From: Octopus bimaculoides
Taxonomy: Eukaryota
DNA length: 64,000 bases
Reading direction: 5' to 3'
Assembly: GCF_001194135.2 (NCBI RefSeq)
Contig: NC_068996.1
Span: 54,303,325 to 54,367,324, forward strand
Under the pieces are notes generated by a model. It was not told where the DNA came from, ran no database searches, and saw only the letters and a list, made by a program, of their open reading frames with translations. Shown here in pieces: positions 1 through 14,322 of the stretch (position 1 is the stretch's first letter; every line of letters starts with the position of its first letter). The position numbers and the translations under genes were made by a program.

Positions 1-32
1 TCTCCCTCCCTCTCTCTCTCTATATATATATA

Positions 33-192
33 GGCGAAGCGTGGCTGTGTGGTAAGAAGCTTGCTTCCTAACCACATGGTTCCAGATTCAGTTCCACTGC
101 GTGGCACCTTGGGAAGTGTTTTCTACTATAGCCTTGGACCAACCAAAGCCTTGTGAGTGGATGTGGTAGACGGAAACTAAAAAATGCCTGTC

Positions 193-238
<46 letters not shown>

Positions 239-475
239 ATGTATATATATTTATGTGTGTGTGTGTGCTTGTCCCCTCACCATCGCTTGACAACCGTTGT
301 TGGAGTGTTTACGTCCCCGTAACTTAATGGTTCGAAAAAAGAGAACCAAAGAATAAGTACCAAGCTTACAAAAACTAAGTCCTGGGGTCGACTTGTTCGA
401 CTAAAGGTGGTGCTCCAGGATGGCCGCAGTCAAAGCACTGGAACAAATAAAAGAATAAAAGACTAAAAGAATATA
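33..475 (+). mobile_element. tRNA-derived SINE, family 1, with internal (TA)n/(TG)n tract
   Basis: Pol III-like head (gtggctgtgtggtaag...ggttccagattc), shared body, tail ggtggtgctccaggatggccgcagtc...taaaagaata; multiple copies in window. Confidence 0.85.
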
Positions 476-624
476 TATCGCTGTTTGATAAGAATAATAT
501 CGCCGTCTGAAACGATCGTATGCATGTATTAAAATTCTTTCAAATTTTAACATCTTCTCTTCTCCATTTTTAACAAACTTGTTGAGTTCTATGGGATACC
601 TTTCCATATAATTCTCATAACACA

Positions 625-663
<39 letters not shown>

Positions 664-2262
664 TTGAAGTTAAATATATTTACACGGTAAGAAGTATTAT
701 GCTCAGCACAAGTACAGAGTGAAATATTTTCATAATACACAGTTCGTTACATGAAAAGGACTATTGCTTAAAATATCGCATTTTGTTAAAAACTAATTAA
801 TCTTCAGACAATGAAAATAGGTATTTCGAAGAAGATTTTACATAAATAAACATTCGATTTTTTCATGCTGTGGTGAGGGTTTATGTAAAAGATTTTTCAG
901 CATGCATAATACATTGCCTATTGTCAGGTAGAAATGATTTGTTTCACCTAAATAAGAATGTACTGTTCTTGAAAACTAAGATATATATGATAAAGAGGTT
1001 AGTAAATAAATAGAAGACAAAGCGCAAGAAAATAGGGAAATATAAAAGATACAATGTAAGAAACAAGAAATAACACAGATCGTTGCAAATGCTATGTTTT
1101 GGAAAGTTAATTTATTTGCTGAAACTAGAAATTAATGATTTAACTGATATATAGAGAATGTAGGTCTAAAATATTGCTAACTGTTGGTGAGAGTTAGAAC
1201 TTCCAGTATTTTAGAAGTTACTAATGAAAGTGGCGGCATCTGATAAAAGTCATTGATTTTATATGTAGGTTATTCACAGAATATTTTTGTATGTGGTTCC
1301 TTCCAGCTGTACATGGACTGCATCTATCGTTCCATTTCTATATGGTTTGGTATCATATTCAAGAAGCAATTGGATTCTATGTTTCTACTTCTTTCTTCTG
1401 TTTATCTGAAGGAAAAAAGAATGGTTGAAGTAACTTTGCTTAAATATGCTACACCTATATAGTATTTACTTATCGCATTAAGATTCGATTTTTTATTTGC
1501 ATTATACACGGTCACAACAGGATTATACGACTAATTAGGGGCCAAACAGTAATGTTCTCGCCTGCACAATTAGCTTCAGTTAAATTGTTGGGTTTATGTG
1601 CTCCAAGTTCTTTTTATGTTGGCTGTAGAATTATTAACCAGTTTCGTACTCTTTTTATTAAATAGCTTTCTTTAGTTGTAACTAGACGGAGAAATACTTT
1701 TTTATAGAGGTCTAGAAATTATTAGCAATATTTGGTCATGGTATCTCATCTTGTATTGGAAGACGATGAAATCAGACATATACACGATATTTTCTTTAAA
1801 TCTATGAACTTTTAACGCTGTATTATATTCAGAATTTCTCTTACCGAGACTAAATATAGCCACTGCTTCCTTCAAACATGTATAAAACAAGAATGCAATA
1901 GCAATGTCCAGTTACACCTAGCATTTGAAAGAATAAGGTACGGAGTTTGGTACCAAGTGAAATATTCTTAAGCGATTCAGATCGTATACAAATTTCCTAA
2001 TGTACGACTTATGTATAGCGGAAAATATCTTCATACAATTTTTCACAGATCTATAAATTTCCTAAATGCAAGATCAGAAATCATTGCCAAATGTCAACGC
2101 GTCTACATTTATTTTCTAAACTATCTATGCAACAATCTGTGCCCCATTCAACATCATTACACACACACACACACACATACACACTTTAACGCGCGCGCGC
2201 ACTCACAGTCTCTCACACACACACACATATATATATGTATACATATGTATATCAAAAATCAT

Positions 2263-2294
<32 letters not shown>

Positions 2295-3109
2295 NNNNNN
2301 NNNNNNNNNNNNNNNNNNNNNNNNNNNNNNNNNNNNNNNNNNNNNNNNNNNNNNNNNNNNNNNNNNNNNNNNNNNNNNNNNNNNNNNNNNNNNNNNNNNN
2401 NNNNNNNNNNNNNNNNNNNNNNNNNNNNNNNNNNNNNNNNNNNNNNNNNNNNNNNNNNNNNNNNNNNNNNNNNNNNNNNNNNNNNNNNNNNNNNNNNNNN
2501 NNNNNNNNNNNNNNNNNNNNNNNNNNNNNNNNNNNNNNNNNNNNNNNNNNNNNNNNNNNNNNNNNNNNNNNNNNNNNNNNNNNNNNNNNNNNNNNNNNNN
2601 NNNNNNNNNNNNNNNNNNNNNNNNNNNNNNNNNNNNNNNNNNNNNNNNNNNNNNNNNNNNNNNNNNNNNNNNNNNNNNNNNNNNNNNNNNNNNNNNNNNN
2701 NNNNNNNNNNNNNNNNNNNNNNNNNNNNNNNNNNNNNNNNNNNNNNNNNNNNNNNNNNNNNNNNNNNNNNNNNNNNNNNNNNNNNNNNNNNNNNNNNNNN
2801 NNNNNNNNNNNNNNNNNNNNNNNNNNNNNNNNNNNNNNNNNNNNNNNNNNNNNNNNNNNNNNNNNNNNNNNNNNNNNNNNNNNNNNNNNNNNNNNNNNNN
2901 NNNNNNNNNNNNNNNNNNNNNNNNNNNNNNNNNNNNNNNNNNNNNNNNNNNNNNNNNNNNNNNNNNNNNNNNNNNNNNNNNNNNNNNNNNNNNNNNNNNN
3001 NNNNNNNNNNNNNNNNNNNNNNNNNNNNNNNNNNNNNNNNNNNNNNNNNNNNNNNNNNNNNNNNNNNNNNNNNNNNNNNNNNNNNNNNNNNNNNNNNNNN
3101 NNNNNNNNN
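2295..3109. other. Assembly gap. Others: 8383-8461, 17121-17131, 17953-18186, 21378-21484, 24570-24662, 25852-26573, 35270-35314, 39198-39345, 42624-43118, 59445-59754
   Basis: N runs, most of them abutting microsatellites. Confidence 0.99.
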
Positions 3110-3494
3110 ATATATATATATATATATATATACATATTATATATATGTATGTATGTATGTATGTCTCTCTTTCAATCAAATAGTTTTCCCGCTTAGCATC
3201 TTTTCTCCATTTTTATCTTTTTTTTCCTTTCTTGTTGAAACTCATTAAGTGTATATGTCTGTGCGTCTGAGTGTGCGCATGGGAGATGGGGTTCGTGTGT
3301 GTTTGTGTGTCTGTGTGTCTGTGTATGTGCGCTCGTGGGTGTGTGTGTGGTTGTATAGTAATAAATTGTTTGGTTTTGGGGACCGAAATGCAACGTACTG
3401 AATGCATTCCTTCTTTAGAAAAATGTAGTTTTTCAGAAATCTGTGGTGTTGAACCGGATGATTTTCTCATGTCAGCCATGGTTTGAGGTAGCTA

Positions 3495-3534
3495 TAATTA
3501 GTCATTCGTCAAACTCGTGAGACTGAAATGCACC

Positions 3535-3585
<51 letters not shown>

Positions 3586-3812
3586 CACATACGTACACTC
3601 GTACATGTACATACACATATGCACACATGTATACATACTAGCACATACACACACTCTGCATTAGATATACATATACATAAATACAAACGTATATATTTAA
3701 ACATAAGTTATACATATGCAGATACATACGTACGTACATACATACATAAATACATACATACATACATACATACATACATACATACATACATACATACATA
3801 CATACATACTCC
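3495..3812. repeat. (CA)n/(TACA)n microsatellite block
   Basis: Direct reading; one of many. Confidence 0.95.
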
Positions 3813-3834
3813 CTTACATACATGCGTTCAAACG

Positions 3835-4380
3835 AAGACATCACACGTGTGATTTGCAACTGCCCGAAAATGTCACGAAACTATTACCTACCATTTGGAA
3901 AAAACACTGTGCTGGAATAAATGTAGAGTATCCCCCTGTTAATAAATATGTACACAAGGAATAGTGGTCGAACATTCTCATCAAACATCTGTCAAGTTTA
4001 AGCATAATAGGCCGGATATTGTGGGATAGACAAGAAAAAGCATGTACCGTCATAAAGGTCAGTGGTCCTGCTGATGTGAATATCGCTTTAAAAATCAAAG
4101 AGAAAAAAGATAATTATTGATAACTGCTCCGAAACCTCAGACTTTTATATTCAGATTAAAAATTTACATTTAGTCTAACAATAATAAGGGTACTTAGCTT
4201 TCTGAGTAAAATCCTCACTAAGTCTGGATAAGCTTACATTTTCAAAAGAAACAACCAACTAACACGCACAGTACAAATACTGTCTGTAGGTGGAACAGTA
4301 AAAATATGCAAGACTTTTCTCAAGTATAAAACATTGTTTTTATTATCTACAATCGAACGATAGAGCTTTGTATCAAGTAC
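3835..4380 (+). mobile_element. R4/Dong-type non-LTR retrotransposon 3' end (zinc knuckle remnant plus restriction-like endonuclease), degraded
   Basis: Frameshifted HNRPDIV...LKIKEKKDNY and GGTVKICKTF motifs; both ends lie in (TACA)n. Confidence 0.7.
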
Positions 4381-4419
4381 ATACATACATACATACATAC
4401 ATACATACACGATCAAGAA

Positions 4420-4920
4420 GGCATATTTCAGGGTGATTGCTTGTCGGTGTTGCTTTGTCTTCCAATTAAATCTACTATGATACCTGCTCACAAAATATAA
4501 TGACCAGAGAAATAGATCCAGAAGCATCCCACATCTTTACTTTGTCAAAGACCTGAAACTTTATGGGCCAAATAACGACCACATGAAAACAATTGGACCT
4601 TATAACCCAACTATCTACAGACATTAGCATGAAACTTGGAAAAGTTGTGCCTTCCTCTGGAAACCTAAGAATGAATGGCTTGACAATACAACCTCTACAG
4701 TCAGGTGACAATTAGAGGTATCTTGGACGAGATGAGGATCTCAGATATAATGGACCCATCATTAAGGAGAGGACTAGGAATGAATACCTCAAGAAAGGCG
4801 ATCGGAACTCTCAGTTTACAAGTATATCGCCCACATCACCCTTGCAATTTATATCCTTACGGCCATATTTAGCCTTCTAAACTACTTACTATAAGAACTC
4901 ATAAGCTGTTCGGTTACAGG
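4420..4920 (+). mobile_element. R4/Dong RT fragment, degraded
   Basis: IFQGDCLS, YFVKDLKLYGPN, RYLGRDEDLRYNGPIIKERTRNEY motifs with frameshifts. Confidence 0.75.
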
Positions 4921-4948
4921 ACACTTCAACATCAAAGGAGATGCAGAC

Positions 4949-5368
4949 AGGCGGGACTGTGTGGTAAGAAGCTTGCTCCCCAACCACATGGTTCCGTGTT
5001 CAGTCCCACTGCGTGGCACCTTGGGCAAGTGTCTTCTACTAGAGCCTCGGGCCGACCAAAGCCTTGATGAGTGGACTTGGTAGACGAAACTGAAAGAAGC
5101 CCGTCGTATAAATGTATATATGTATATATATGCATGTGTGTCTTTGTGTCGGTGTTTGTCCCCCACACTATCCCTTGTCAACCGATGTTGGTGTGTTTAC
5201 GTGCCCGTAACTAGCGTTTCGGCAAAAGAAAACGATAGAATAAGCACTAGGCTTCTAAAGAATAAGTCCTGGGATCGATTTCATCAACTAAAAAACCATT
5301 TAAGGCGGTGCTCAAGCATGGCAGCAGTCAAATGATTGAAATAAGTAAAAGAATTAAAAAATAAAAGA
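4949..5368 (+). mobile_element. SINE family 1, near full length
   Basis: Same head, body and tail as 33-475. Confidence 0.85.
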
Positions 5369-5544
5369 ATATACACATACACATATACACACATACACAT
5401 ACACACACACACATATATATATATATAATGACAGACATACAAATATATATGTATACGTATCTATACACACACACACATGTATATATACATTTATACATAT
5501 ATATACAAACATTCGTGCTTGCACACACTTACATACATACAGAC

Positions 5545-5626
<82 letters not shown>

Positions 5627-5712
5627 GCATGCATGCATGCATGCATAGGTAGGTAGGTAGGTAGGTAGGTAGGTAGGTAGGTAGGTAGGTAGGTAGGTAG
5701 GTAGGTAGGTAA
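5545..5712. repeat. Compound (AGAT)n-(GCAT)n-(AGGT)n microsatellite
   Basis: Direct reading. Confidence 0.97.
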
Positions 5713-5943
5713 GTAGATAAATAGATATATAGGGTAATACGATCCGAAAGATCCTGGTTTAGGAAGCAAACAAATACACAAGTAGTATAGATGACAATAG
5801 GTGGACAATATCTATTGAAATCAATGGAAATTTCGATAAACTGACAGTCATCATACAAATCGCGGTTTAGCAACTAAATTTGCTAGATATGCGAATGAAA
5901 ATGAAGGAAATTAAGGAATAGAAAAAGTGAATAAAGATTATAT

Positions 5944-6110
5944 ACGTCCCCGTAACATAGCGGTTCGGCAAAAGTACTTGATAGAATAACTACCAGGCTT
6001 AAAATTTTAAAAATAAGTACTGGGGTCGTTTCATTCGACTTAAAAATTCTTCAAGGCGGTGCCCTAGCATGGCCGCAGCCTAACGACTGAAACAAGTACA
6101 AAAGAAAAAG
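5944..6110 (+). mobile_element. SINE family 1, 3' half
   Basis: tacgtccccgtaac...aaggcggtgccctagcatggccgcag tail. Confidence 0.8.
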
Positions 6111-7361
6111 GCACGTCAGTGTATATAAGGGAACATCGTATACAGCATGGTATGCGATACATCACAGAAGATGAATGTAATATGACTGCAGCGAAAATAG
6201 AATATTCCTAAATAGAGATGTAAATAAATATACTATTCAAGTGGAAGGGGGAAGATATAGCGATATGATGTAGTCGGTGATTGGCGAGGTTAAAGATGCA
6301 GAGGTAAATAGTTTTAGGATAGAGCTAGCTTTCTCTCTAGACATAGTATGATAATGATATTTAATATATATTAAAAGCAACTTCTTGAAACTTAAATTAG
6401 AAAGTATAATATTTATAAATATGTTATATATCTTTTTTTTATATTATAACATTTCATTCATTTTAAAATTATAGTCACATCATTTTAAAATATCTTAAAT
6501 TCTGAATTTTTTCACTTTTGAAATAGCTTAATTAAATTGAGAATTTAATGTGACTTAAAAAAATGTTGAGGCACCGCGAGAATTCTGAAATATTCCTAGA
6601 ATAAAATATATTATTCAAATGAAGGTTAATTTCCATAATTTGTAACGTAAAGTATTTTATTAAATCTAATTCCACCCTTTCCTCACCCCTTCTATCTCGC
6701 TCCTCCCTTGTATCTCTCCCTCTCTCTCTTCTTTGTTTCCCCCGCCCCACTCTCCTTATAAAATGTGCTGATTCTCAGATTCCCTGGATTTCGGTATTGT
6801 CATTATACAGCTGAACCTTGAAGTAAAGGAAAGCAAACATACTGCTCTCTCGTTACCATTGGGATTGCATATGACACAGTATTTGATATTTTTATACAGA
6901 ATCCACTTAATCCTGCAAAGGACACCACTGCAAATTGTAAATGCCATTCTTTATATATAAATACTTTCCAACATGGTGAAAATTAGAGAAAAGAATTGCT
7001 ACATGGCAAAATTATTTCTTTTCACAACGGTAGCGATCAACCTGGTCATTACATAATAGCATGAAAATAAGGTACAAGTAAAACATTTTGAAAATACCAC
7101 CACATTGTCTCCACTCATATTCAAGCAAGATTGATTTTTAATGATCTTCAAGAAACAGCCAACTTCAGTAAGAATGAGCTATAAGCCAACACCATGGATA
7201 ACTGGGAGCGGAAACATAACTTAGCTGAGACAACACTCGGACAGGATATCTTTCTAAATTCCGATAAAAATAGATTGAAAGGCATTCAAAATTCCTTAAG
7301 AGATTAAACACTAAGAAATTCATTAACACAAACCAAAGAAGCATGATAACCTTCTAGTAAA

Positions 7362-7405
<44 letters not shown>

Positions 7406-7849
7406 TTTTGCTCGTATCCGACTGTTTTTTGGCCACTCTTGAATATACTTTTCATTTTCTTTCAAACATCTTAAAACTAGTAAGACAATATAACAAAATG
7501 CACTACCTACTTTAAATATCAAATTTGGAGTATGGATGAAAATTTTCATTTAAAATATCAGTTCTACTTTATTATTTTAAATATATTTTTGATAAACAGC
7601 TATTTATCACGAAGGATTTTAAGTATTTAACTGTTTATATGACTAATAAATAAATATTCCCATTAAATATCTTCTATTAAAATAATGTGAGAAAACTTTA
7701 AATGCATTTCCTCGTTATTTTAAATCATATCAATCTTCATCTCTTCAGAAAATAAAAGATCTTCCTCAGCTCTTTCTGGTATTCAGAAGCCACAGAATAG
7801 TTTAATTCGTACTCTATGTATGGCGGGAGCTGTCTTTAAGAATAATATT

Positions 7850-8064
7850 GGTGTCAAATTCTGGTACAAAGCCAACAATTTTGGAGGAAGGGCTATGTTG
7901 ATTGCAACAACTCCAGTGATCAATTGGTATTTATTTTATCGGCCTCGAAAAGTTGAAAGGCGAAGTCAACCTCGGCGGAATTTGAACTCAGAGTGTAAAG
8001 ACGGGCGAAATGCCGCTGAGCATTTTGCCCGGCGTGCTAACGATTCTGTCAGCTCGCCATCTTG
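7850..8064 (-). mobile_element. tRNA-derived SINE, family 2
   Basis: Reverse complement of the ggcgagctggcagaatcgttagcacgccgggc...gagttcaaattccgccgagg head; homologous to 9122-9340 and 28270-28454. Confidence 0.8.
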
Positions 8065-8243
8065 AAATTTTGAAAACAACATTGAATGAACATAAAACAG
8101 TACTTTGGTTTATATCGTGAGAGATTGTCAATAACTTTCTAAAAACTGAGCTCACATCAGCTTCTCGTACTGTTATCGGTGCGAAAAGTTTGACTATTGT
8201 TCAAAAAGACCGTTAATTACTTTTAAAAGGAACACACATGTAT

Positions 8244-8300
<57 letters not shown>

Positions 8301-8507
8301 AAGATAGATAGATATAGATATAGATATAAATATATATGCATATATATATATATATACATATATATATATGTATATATATATANNNNNNNNNNNNNNNNNN
8401 NNNNNNNNNNNNNNNNNNNNNNNNNNNNNNNNNNNNNNNNNNNNNNNNNNNNNNNNNNNNNCATACATGCATACATACATGCATACATACATACATACAT
8501 ACATACA

Positions 8508-8538
<31 letters not shown>

Positions 8539-9121
8539 GTGCGCTTTTTTATTCCTTTGGAGACATTCTAGAACATTGTAGTATAAATTTACTAGAAGAC
8601 ATTTTCTATTTATTCTCACATTCTATATAATTTTGATAAAAGAAATTGCTACATTGAATATATTTTCAACATTGCTAAATACTATTTAATTTTTTTTTTT
8701 TCTTAATGTATATTCATATGATTAAATAATTACGAACGTGTATTGTAACTTTTGTTTCAAAATATTTACTCTGCATTCTTAATACTGCTTTTCTAATTTG
8801 GATCTGTAAATTATACCATTCAATAATGACAACCGTAAACTGCGTCAGTTTTTACATAAAATATAATAAAACTATGAAACTATAAAATAAGTTAAACTTT
8901 CCCAATATTGCGTTTATAAACACGAAACAATTGAGAAGCCATAAAATTAATATTCTATTCTTTGATAAGAACTCGAGCAGAAATGCAGGATTGTAAGAGT
9001 CAAAATCTCAACAGGATAAATGCAGAAAAATACGTATCTAAGACCTCTAGTGATTGTTTAGATTTTCGTACAATCTTATATCAAATCAGAATTATTTAAC
9101 TATCACTATTATGGGCAGGAT

Positions 9122-9340
9122 AAAGACGGTGAACTGGCAGAATGGTTAGTGTGCCGGGCAAAATTCTTAGCAGCATTTCGTCTGACTTTACGTTCTGAGT
9201 TCAAATTTCACTGAGGTTGTCTTTACCTTTCAACCTTTCAGGTTCGTACAGGTGCCGATGTACCGATGACAATTCAATTGACTTCTTCTCCCCATTCTAA
9301 AACTGCTGGTCCCGTGCCAAAATCTGAAGCCAATATCATG
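9122..9340 (+). mobile_element. SINE family 2 (inverted relative to 7850-8064)
   Basis: gacggtgaactggcagaatggttag...ctgagttcaaatt head. Confidence 0.75.
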
Positions 9341-9688
9341 GGCAAGCCTTAATATCAGTGTCAGTACTTGATATCTTTCCGTTGTTATTACTTGTAGGTA
9401 GCTTCGTGCCCCTATCATTATCAAATATATACAGCCAGCTTAGAAATAGATGATATATTGTACAACCCATCTTTCATCATATTACCTGCCTCCAGTGAAT
9501 GCAAAAGCAATCCATTCACTTAGATATGAGCCTTTGTGAAAGAGAGTCATAAACATCTGTCAGATCAAGCCTGTGTTGACTCTTTAAGATCTTGGGGAAT
9601 AAGGTAGATCACCTGGCTTACCTCCCTGTCATCTAAGCCCTCTGATCTGGGAAATAAGTACCGGAGAATGACTTTTATCGTTCGGCAA

Positions 9689-9759
<71 letters not shown>

Positions 9760-10659
9760 CCTCTCTAATCTAATCTAGTCTAATCTCAGAATGAGTGCCC
9801 AGCTCCGAAACTGATCGATTAATATATTCATTTGAGGATTAACAATGCTACCAACTGTGTCATGTGAAAATCTTCAATTTTCAAGCTTCCCACTTAAAAT
9901 CTTTTAAAATCGATCTCCATGCTAGATGTTACTCATATATGTGTTTATGTCTCTTTACTACAAAGAGTGTTTGATTGCTTTTCATGTGTGTGTGTATACC
10001 GTATGCACGATTGTAAGTTTTGCATTTTATGATACGCATATAGCAAATCCTTGAAATATTTTACAAATCTTAATTTGCCCTGTTCGTTATTAGAAAACCC
10101 TATAATTTCCAGTCTGTTAAATCTACGATAGCAAACAGAAATAAATATCTATAGCCCGGGTGGTACAAGAGCTGTAATTTCCGTATTAGTTCACCATAGA
10201 TATTTTCTTTCTCTATATATACCTTTTGACGAAATATTCACCTACTGAGCAACTGTACTCTATACTGCATGAGCTTATTCTTTGTCTGCACCGGATTGCT
10301 GTTTTGTTTTGTTTTGTTTTTATAATGTTCTACCCTTATTTCTTATCCTTAATGTGTGGATATTTGTTTTTGTGTGCCTTTGATATAATCTCCAAGGGAA
10401 TCTTTTCTATATTCTATATTCTTTTAGTAACAACCAATGTGCAAGCATGTAATGCTCTTATTTCTGTGTGTATGTGTTAATGCATATATATATATATATA
10501 TATATGTTCTTCCATTTTATTTTTCAAATTTCTCACTAATATTAAACCAATTTCAAACTCAGAAAAGTGGCTCTGTCGTTGACATTCAGACATATATTAG
10601 ATACCTAATTTTGACTGGTCACCTGATTCGTAGCAAAGTCGTGAACGAAATCATCTTGT

Positions 10660-12830
10660 TTTGTTCATCATTCTTTAAATCTTTGAAAGGTTTTGCGAAG
10701 TTTTGTCGTCCAAGATACCATGATAATTTGTAATGTATGAATTAAGAAGTTGCCCCCTCTTCCCAAGAACCCAAGTTCAGTCTACATTTCTCCAATAATG
10801 ATAGGCAAGAAACTGAAAGTGTATTATGGGTACCCGATTTGCAAACTCCTCATCACTGGTCCATAGATGTTTTCATTCTCTTCTATTTTTCTAACCACAT
10901 TCGTGTTCAGAAGAGAACTAATTTCCACAGAAGAACATATCTTTTCTATGTGGTCCCACATAACGATATTTGGCTGATTGTGTTTTAACATTCAGGCTTT
11001 CGAAATTTTAAAGTTCCACCAATATTCTCTCGACCCATTGGTCTCAATACAAACAACTTTATCTGTTGGTATTTTCATTATTTGTTATCCTGTGCCAGAC
11101 TGTTCTGTTCCCCGCATCATGCTTCCTGAGAAGATAATATCCAGAAGGCATTATCTCACAGTTGGCAATAATGTGGTTGATGCTTGCAGTCTTGGTTTTT
11201 CACAGCCGACGTTTGTTGTCAGTCAAAGTTTTTCTTCCTTTGATGCTGTAGGTATTTGGTGGCAGGGTTCTCTTGTTTTTGAATTACATGGAGATAACCT
11301 CCAAAATGGGATGTCAGAAATGTGTCGGTACACTTTGCCAGCTTTTAGCATGGTTTATTCTCTTGATGGCTTGCGTCATTCGTGTTATCTACCCATGCAC
11401 TGCTTTCTCAGTGAACTGATCTAGTTTTTTAATGTTCTTGTTCTGATAAATAGATGTTACCAATTCTCCTTGAGGAGAGATCTGTATCAACTCTTCATGC
11501 TTCTTCTCAAGTTCATTAGCTAATTCTAATTATGTTGCTGATTTCATAGACACAAACTTGGACAAGATAGTTACTGAACCTTTTCTTCTGCTACAAATGT
11601 TGTTTTAATGTCACAATACATGTTTCATATGAGACAGATTTGAAACCGCGTATACCATCCTTGCGTAGGAAGTGGTAAGTATAGCCTGTCAATACTTCTA
11701 TTGATATTGAAGTTTCCTGACACATTGAACAGCTTGCGAGTTCGAACATCTATTTCATTCAGATCTTGTAGTGACCAGTTCAAAGGTTAAATATAGGTAT
11801 AAGGATATACATTTTGGGCGATATACTTGCAGTAAGCTGAGAGAGTTCAGATATCTTTTAAGACTCTCATGAGGTATTCGTTCTTTGTCCTCTCCTTGAG
11901 CCCATCATAGCTGACATTCTCATCCTGTCTAAGGTCCTTGTTGCTTTCCACAGAAAGTAAAGGTTGTAAAAGAGGTGTTGCTCATGTTTAGTATCTTGTA
12001 TGCGAACGTGTTTCTCACGTTTTACTGCCAAAAATGTACATTTGAGCTCACCAAATTTAATTTCAGTGCTTTTTTTTGTTATGAGATCCAGTTGCTTTTT
12101 GATGTGATTAATGTTTGGTCCATGCAGCTTCAAGTCATCAATGATAAAAAGGTGAGAGGTGTTACTGGGACCCATTCATATTTCTGCTATATCTTCTGGT
12201 CAGGTATGATAGGGGTTTAATGAGAGACCTAAGAGCAATGCTGACAAGCCATCGCCCTGAAGGATATTTCTTTGGTAGTGTACGGTGTCACATTTGATTT
12301 TTGTTTTCGTTGTGGCCTTTAAAAAGTAAGGAAGTGGATCAGTTTTTTGTTAGGTGGTAGTGTTTGGCTAACTGCAATGCTTTGATAATCCATCCATGTA
12401 GTATATTTTCAAAGACTTTTTTGTAGTAGTTGCTCAGTATATCCCTATACTTACCTCATTTTCCCCAGCTTGTTCAGAAGTTATGATGTTGTTAGTGATA
12501 TAATGATCGTTTAGAAATAAGCTGAGGTAGGCAATGTACATCTTATGTTTTGACAGGTTATTAGACGGTAATTTTTAGCTTCAATGCTGGTTATTTTGGG
12601 AAATGAAAAGTGTGATGAGTTGTGACGGTCCTGCGGGTACGTTTAACATACCCTTCGTACTCATGCAGTATTATTAAATCTTGCTGGTTGAAGGTAATTT
12701 TGTTTTAAACCAGTATTCTGTAATAAGATCTAGGTCAGAGGATTTCATGTTCGATATTTTTTCAGGACTGTTTTAACAGCAATTTCGTAAGGTTTTTGTT
12801 TAAACATTGATTATTTTGTGTTTTTTTCCT
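10660..12830 (-). mobile_element. R4/Dong LINE, ~2.2 kb degraded RT / zinc knuckle / RLE
   Basis: Minus-strand SHLFIIDDLKLHGPNINHIKKQLDLIT (ORF 11867-12175), QGDGLS, SINHIIANC, QPDIVMWD remnants. Confidence 0.8.
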
Positions 12831-12914
12831 TTCGCTGTATTTATCATTCCTTTCCCAAACTGATCTCCTGTAACTGCTCACGTGTTTTGTTGTATGTATG
12901 TATATATGTATGTA

Positions 12915-12959
<45 letters not shown>

Positions 12960-14238
12960 GCGTGTGTGCGTGTGTGTGTGTGTGCGTGTACGTTCTCATC
13001 TTGCAGTGTCTAACAAAATCACTCTACTTACTAAGAGGTTTTGGCAGAGTTGCTGGTTCAGTCGACGACGGCCCAACCATGCGATCAGTCAAAGGGCGGT
13101 TGAACTTAGTGGAACCAATGGCCTTCTAAACTGATGGGTGTGAGAGACGCCTAGACTTCTTCGTTTAGATATCGCTCTTGAAAGAAAACTCTGGTGTAAC
13201 ACCTGCGACTTCATTAGCAGCCAATGACGTATAGACTAGTTTATTTGGGGCAAATGCTTACGATGTTTAGAATGTAAGACTGGCCCTCTTTAAAGCCTTT
13301 CTTTACATCAAAAGACTTTTGGCATAGATACTGCTCGATTTTTAATACTTCTATTATGTGTTGTATACTATGGTTGGCCATAGTAATCAACACATAATAG
13401 AAATATAGTAATACAGTAAAACATTCAATGAAATACACCATGAAGGAAAAAAGGTAATTCTCTGAACACTTGCTGCAAGAGATGCTCTTTGCTGACATCT
13501 TTATTTGAGCAAAAGAGTGTAGGACGCTCTAGAAGGACTGAAAATTTACATCCATGCTGCTTTAAAAGAACTATTAATTGATGGTATTGCTGGAAATCGA
13601 ATGGCAATCACTCATTATATACATGCATAAGAATGTATGTACGTATATATGCATACGTGTATGAATGTATGTATTTTATGTATAAAAGAATATATGAAAT
13701 GCCTAGCATGAACTTTAGAGCTCTAAATGTACTGATGTTAGTGGTTCGTGGTTGCATGCAGACGAATAAAATACATACATGCACACACATACACACACAC
13801 ATATACACACGCACACACACACACACACACTCAGACACTCATGTATGTGTGTGGATACGATGTATGTATGTATGCATGCATGTATGTATGCATGCATGAA
13901 TGTATGCATGCATGTATGTATGTATGTATGTATGTTTGAACGTATGTGTATGTAAATGTATATATGTACAAATGTTCAATTAAAGAAAACATCTTAATAT
14001 TAACTTCATCATCCTGTGAGGCTGGAGCTGCGCTTAATACTCTTCATGGAATTTGCTTGCGCATGCCTTTTGATATTTGACTCGATAACAGTTATCTAGA
14101 CAGGTTGATGAATATTGAAACTAAGATAGCTAATTTGTTGGGCTGTTGCAATGCAGCAGATACATAAGAGACAGACAGACAAACAGAGAGCCAAAGAAAC
14201 AGACAAAGAGATACAGAGAGCCAAAGAAACAGACAAAG

Positions 14239-14322
<84 letters not shown>

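Noticed and set aside
2011-3248. Long ORFs of 300-390 aa (also at 25651-26633, 42436-43369, 59399-59827, 17909-18346)
   Set aside because: They are artefacts of N runs translated as X plus microsatellite-derived YIYI/HTHT/CVCV peptides.
6756-6960. ~60-codon open frames on both strands with AG/GT sites
   Set aside because: No similarity to Eag PAS exons or any recognisable protein; splice signals are weak.
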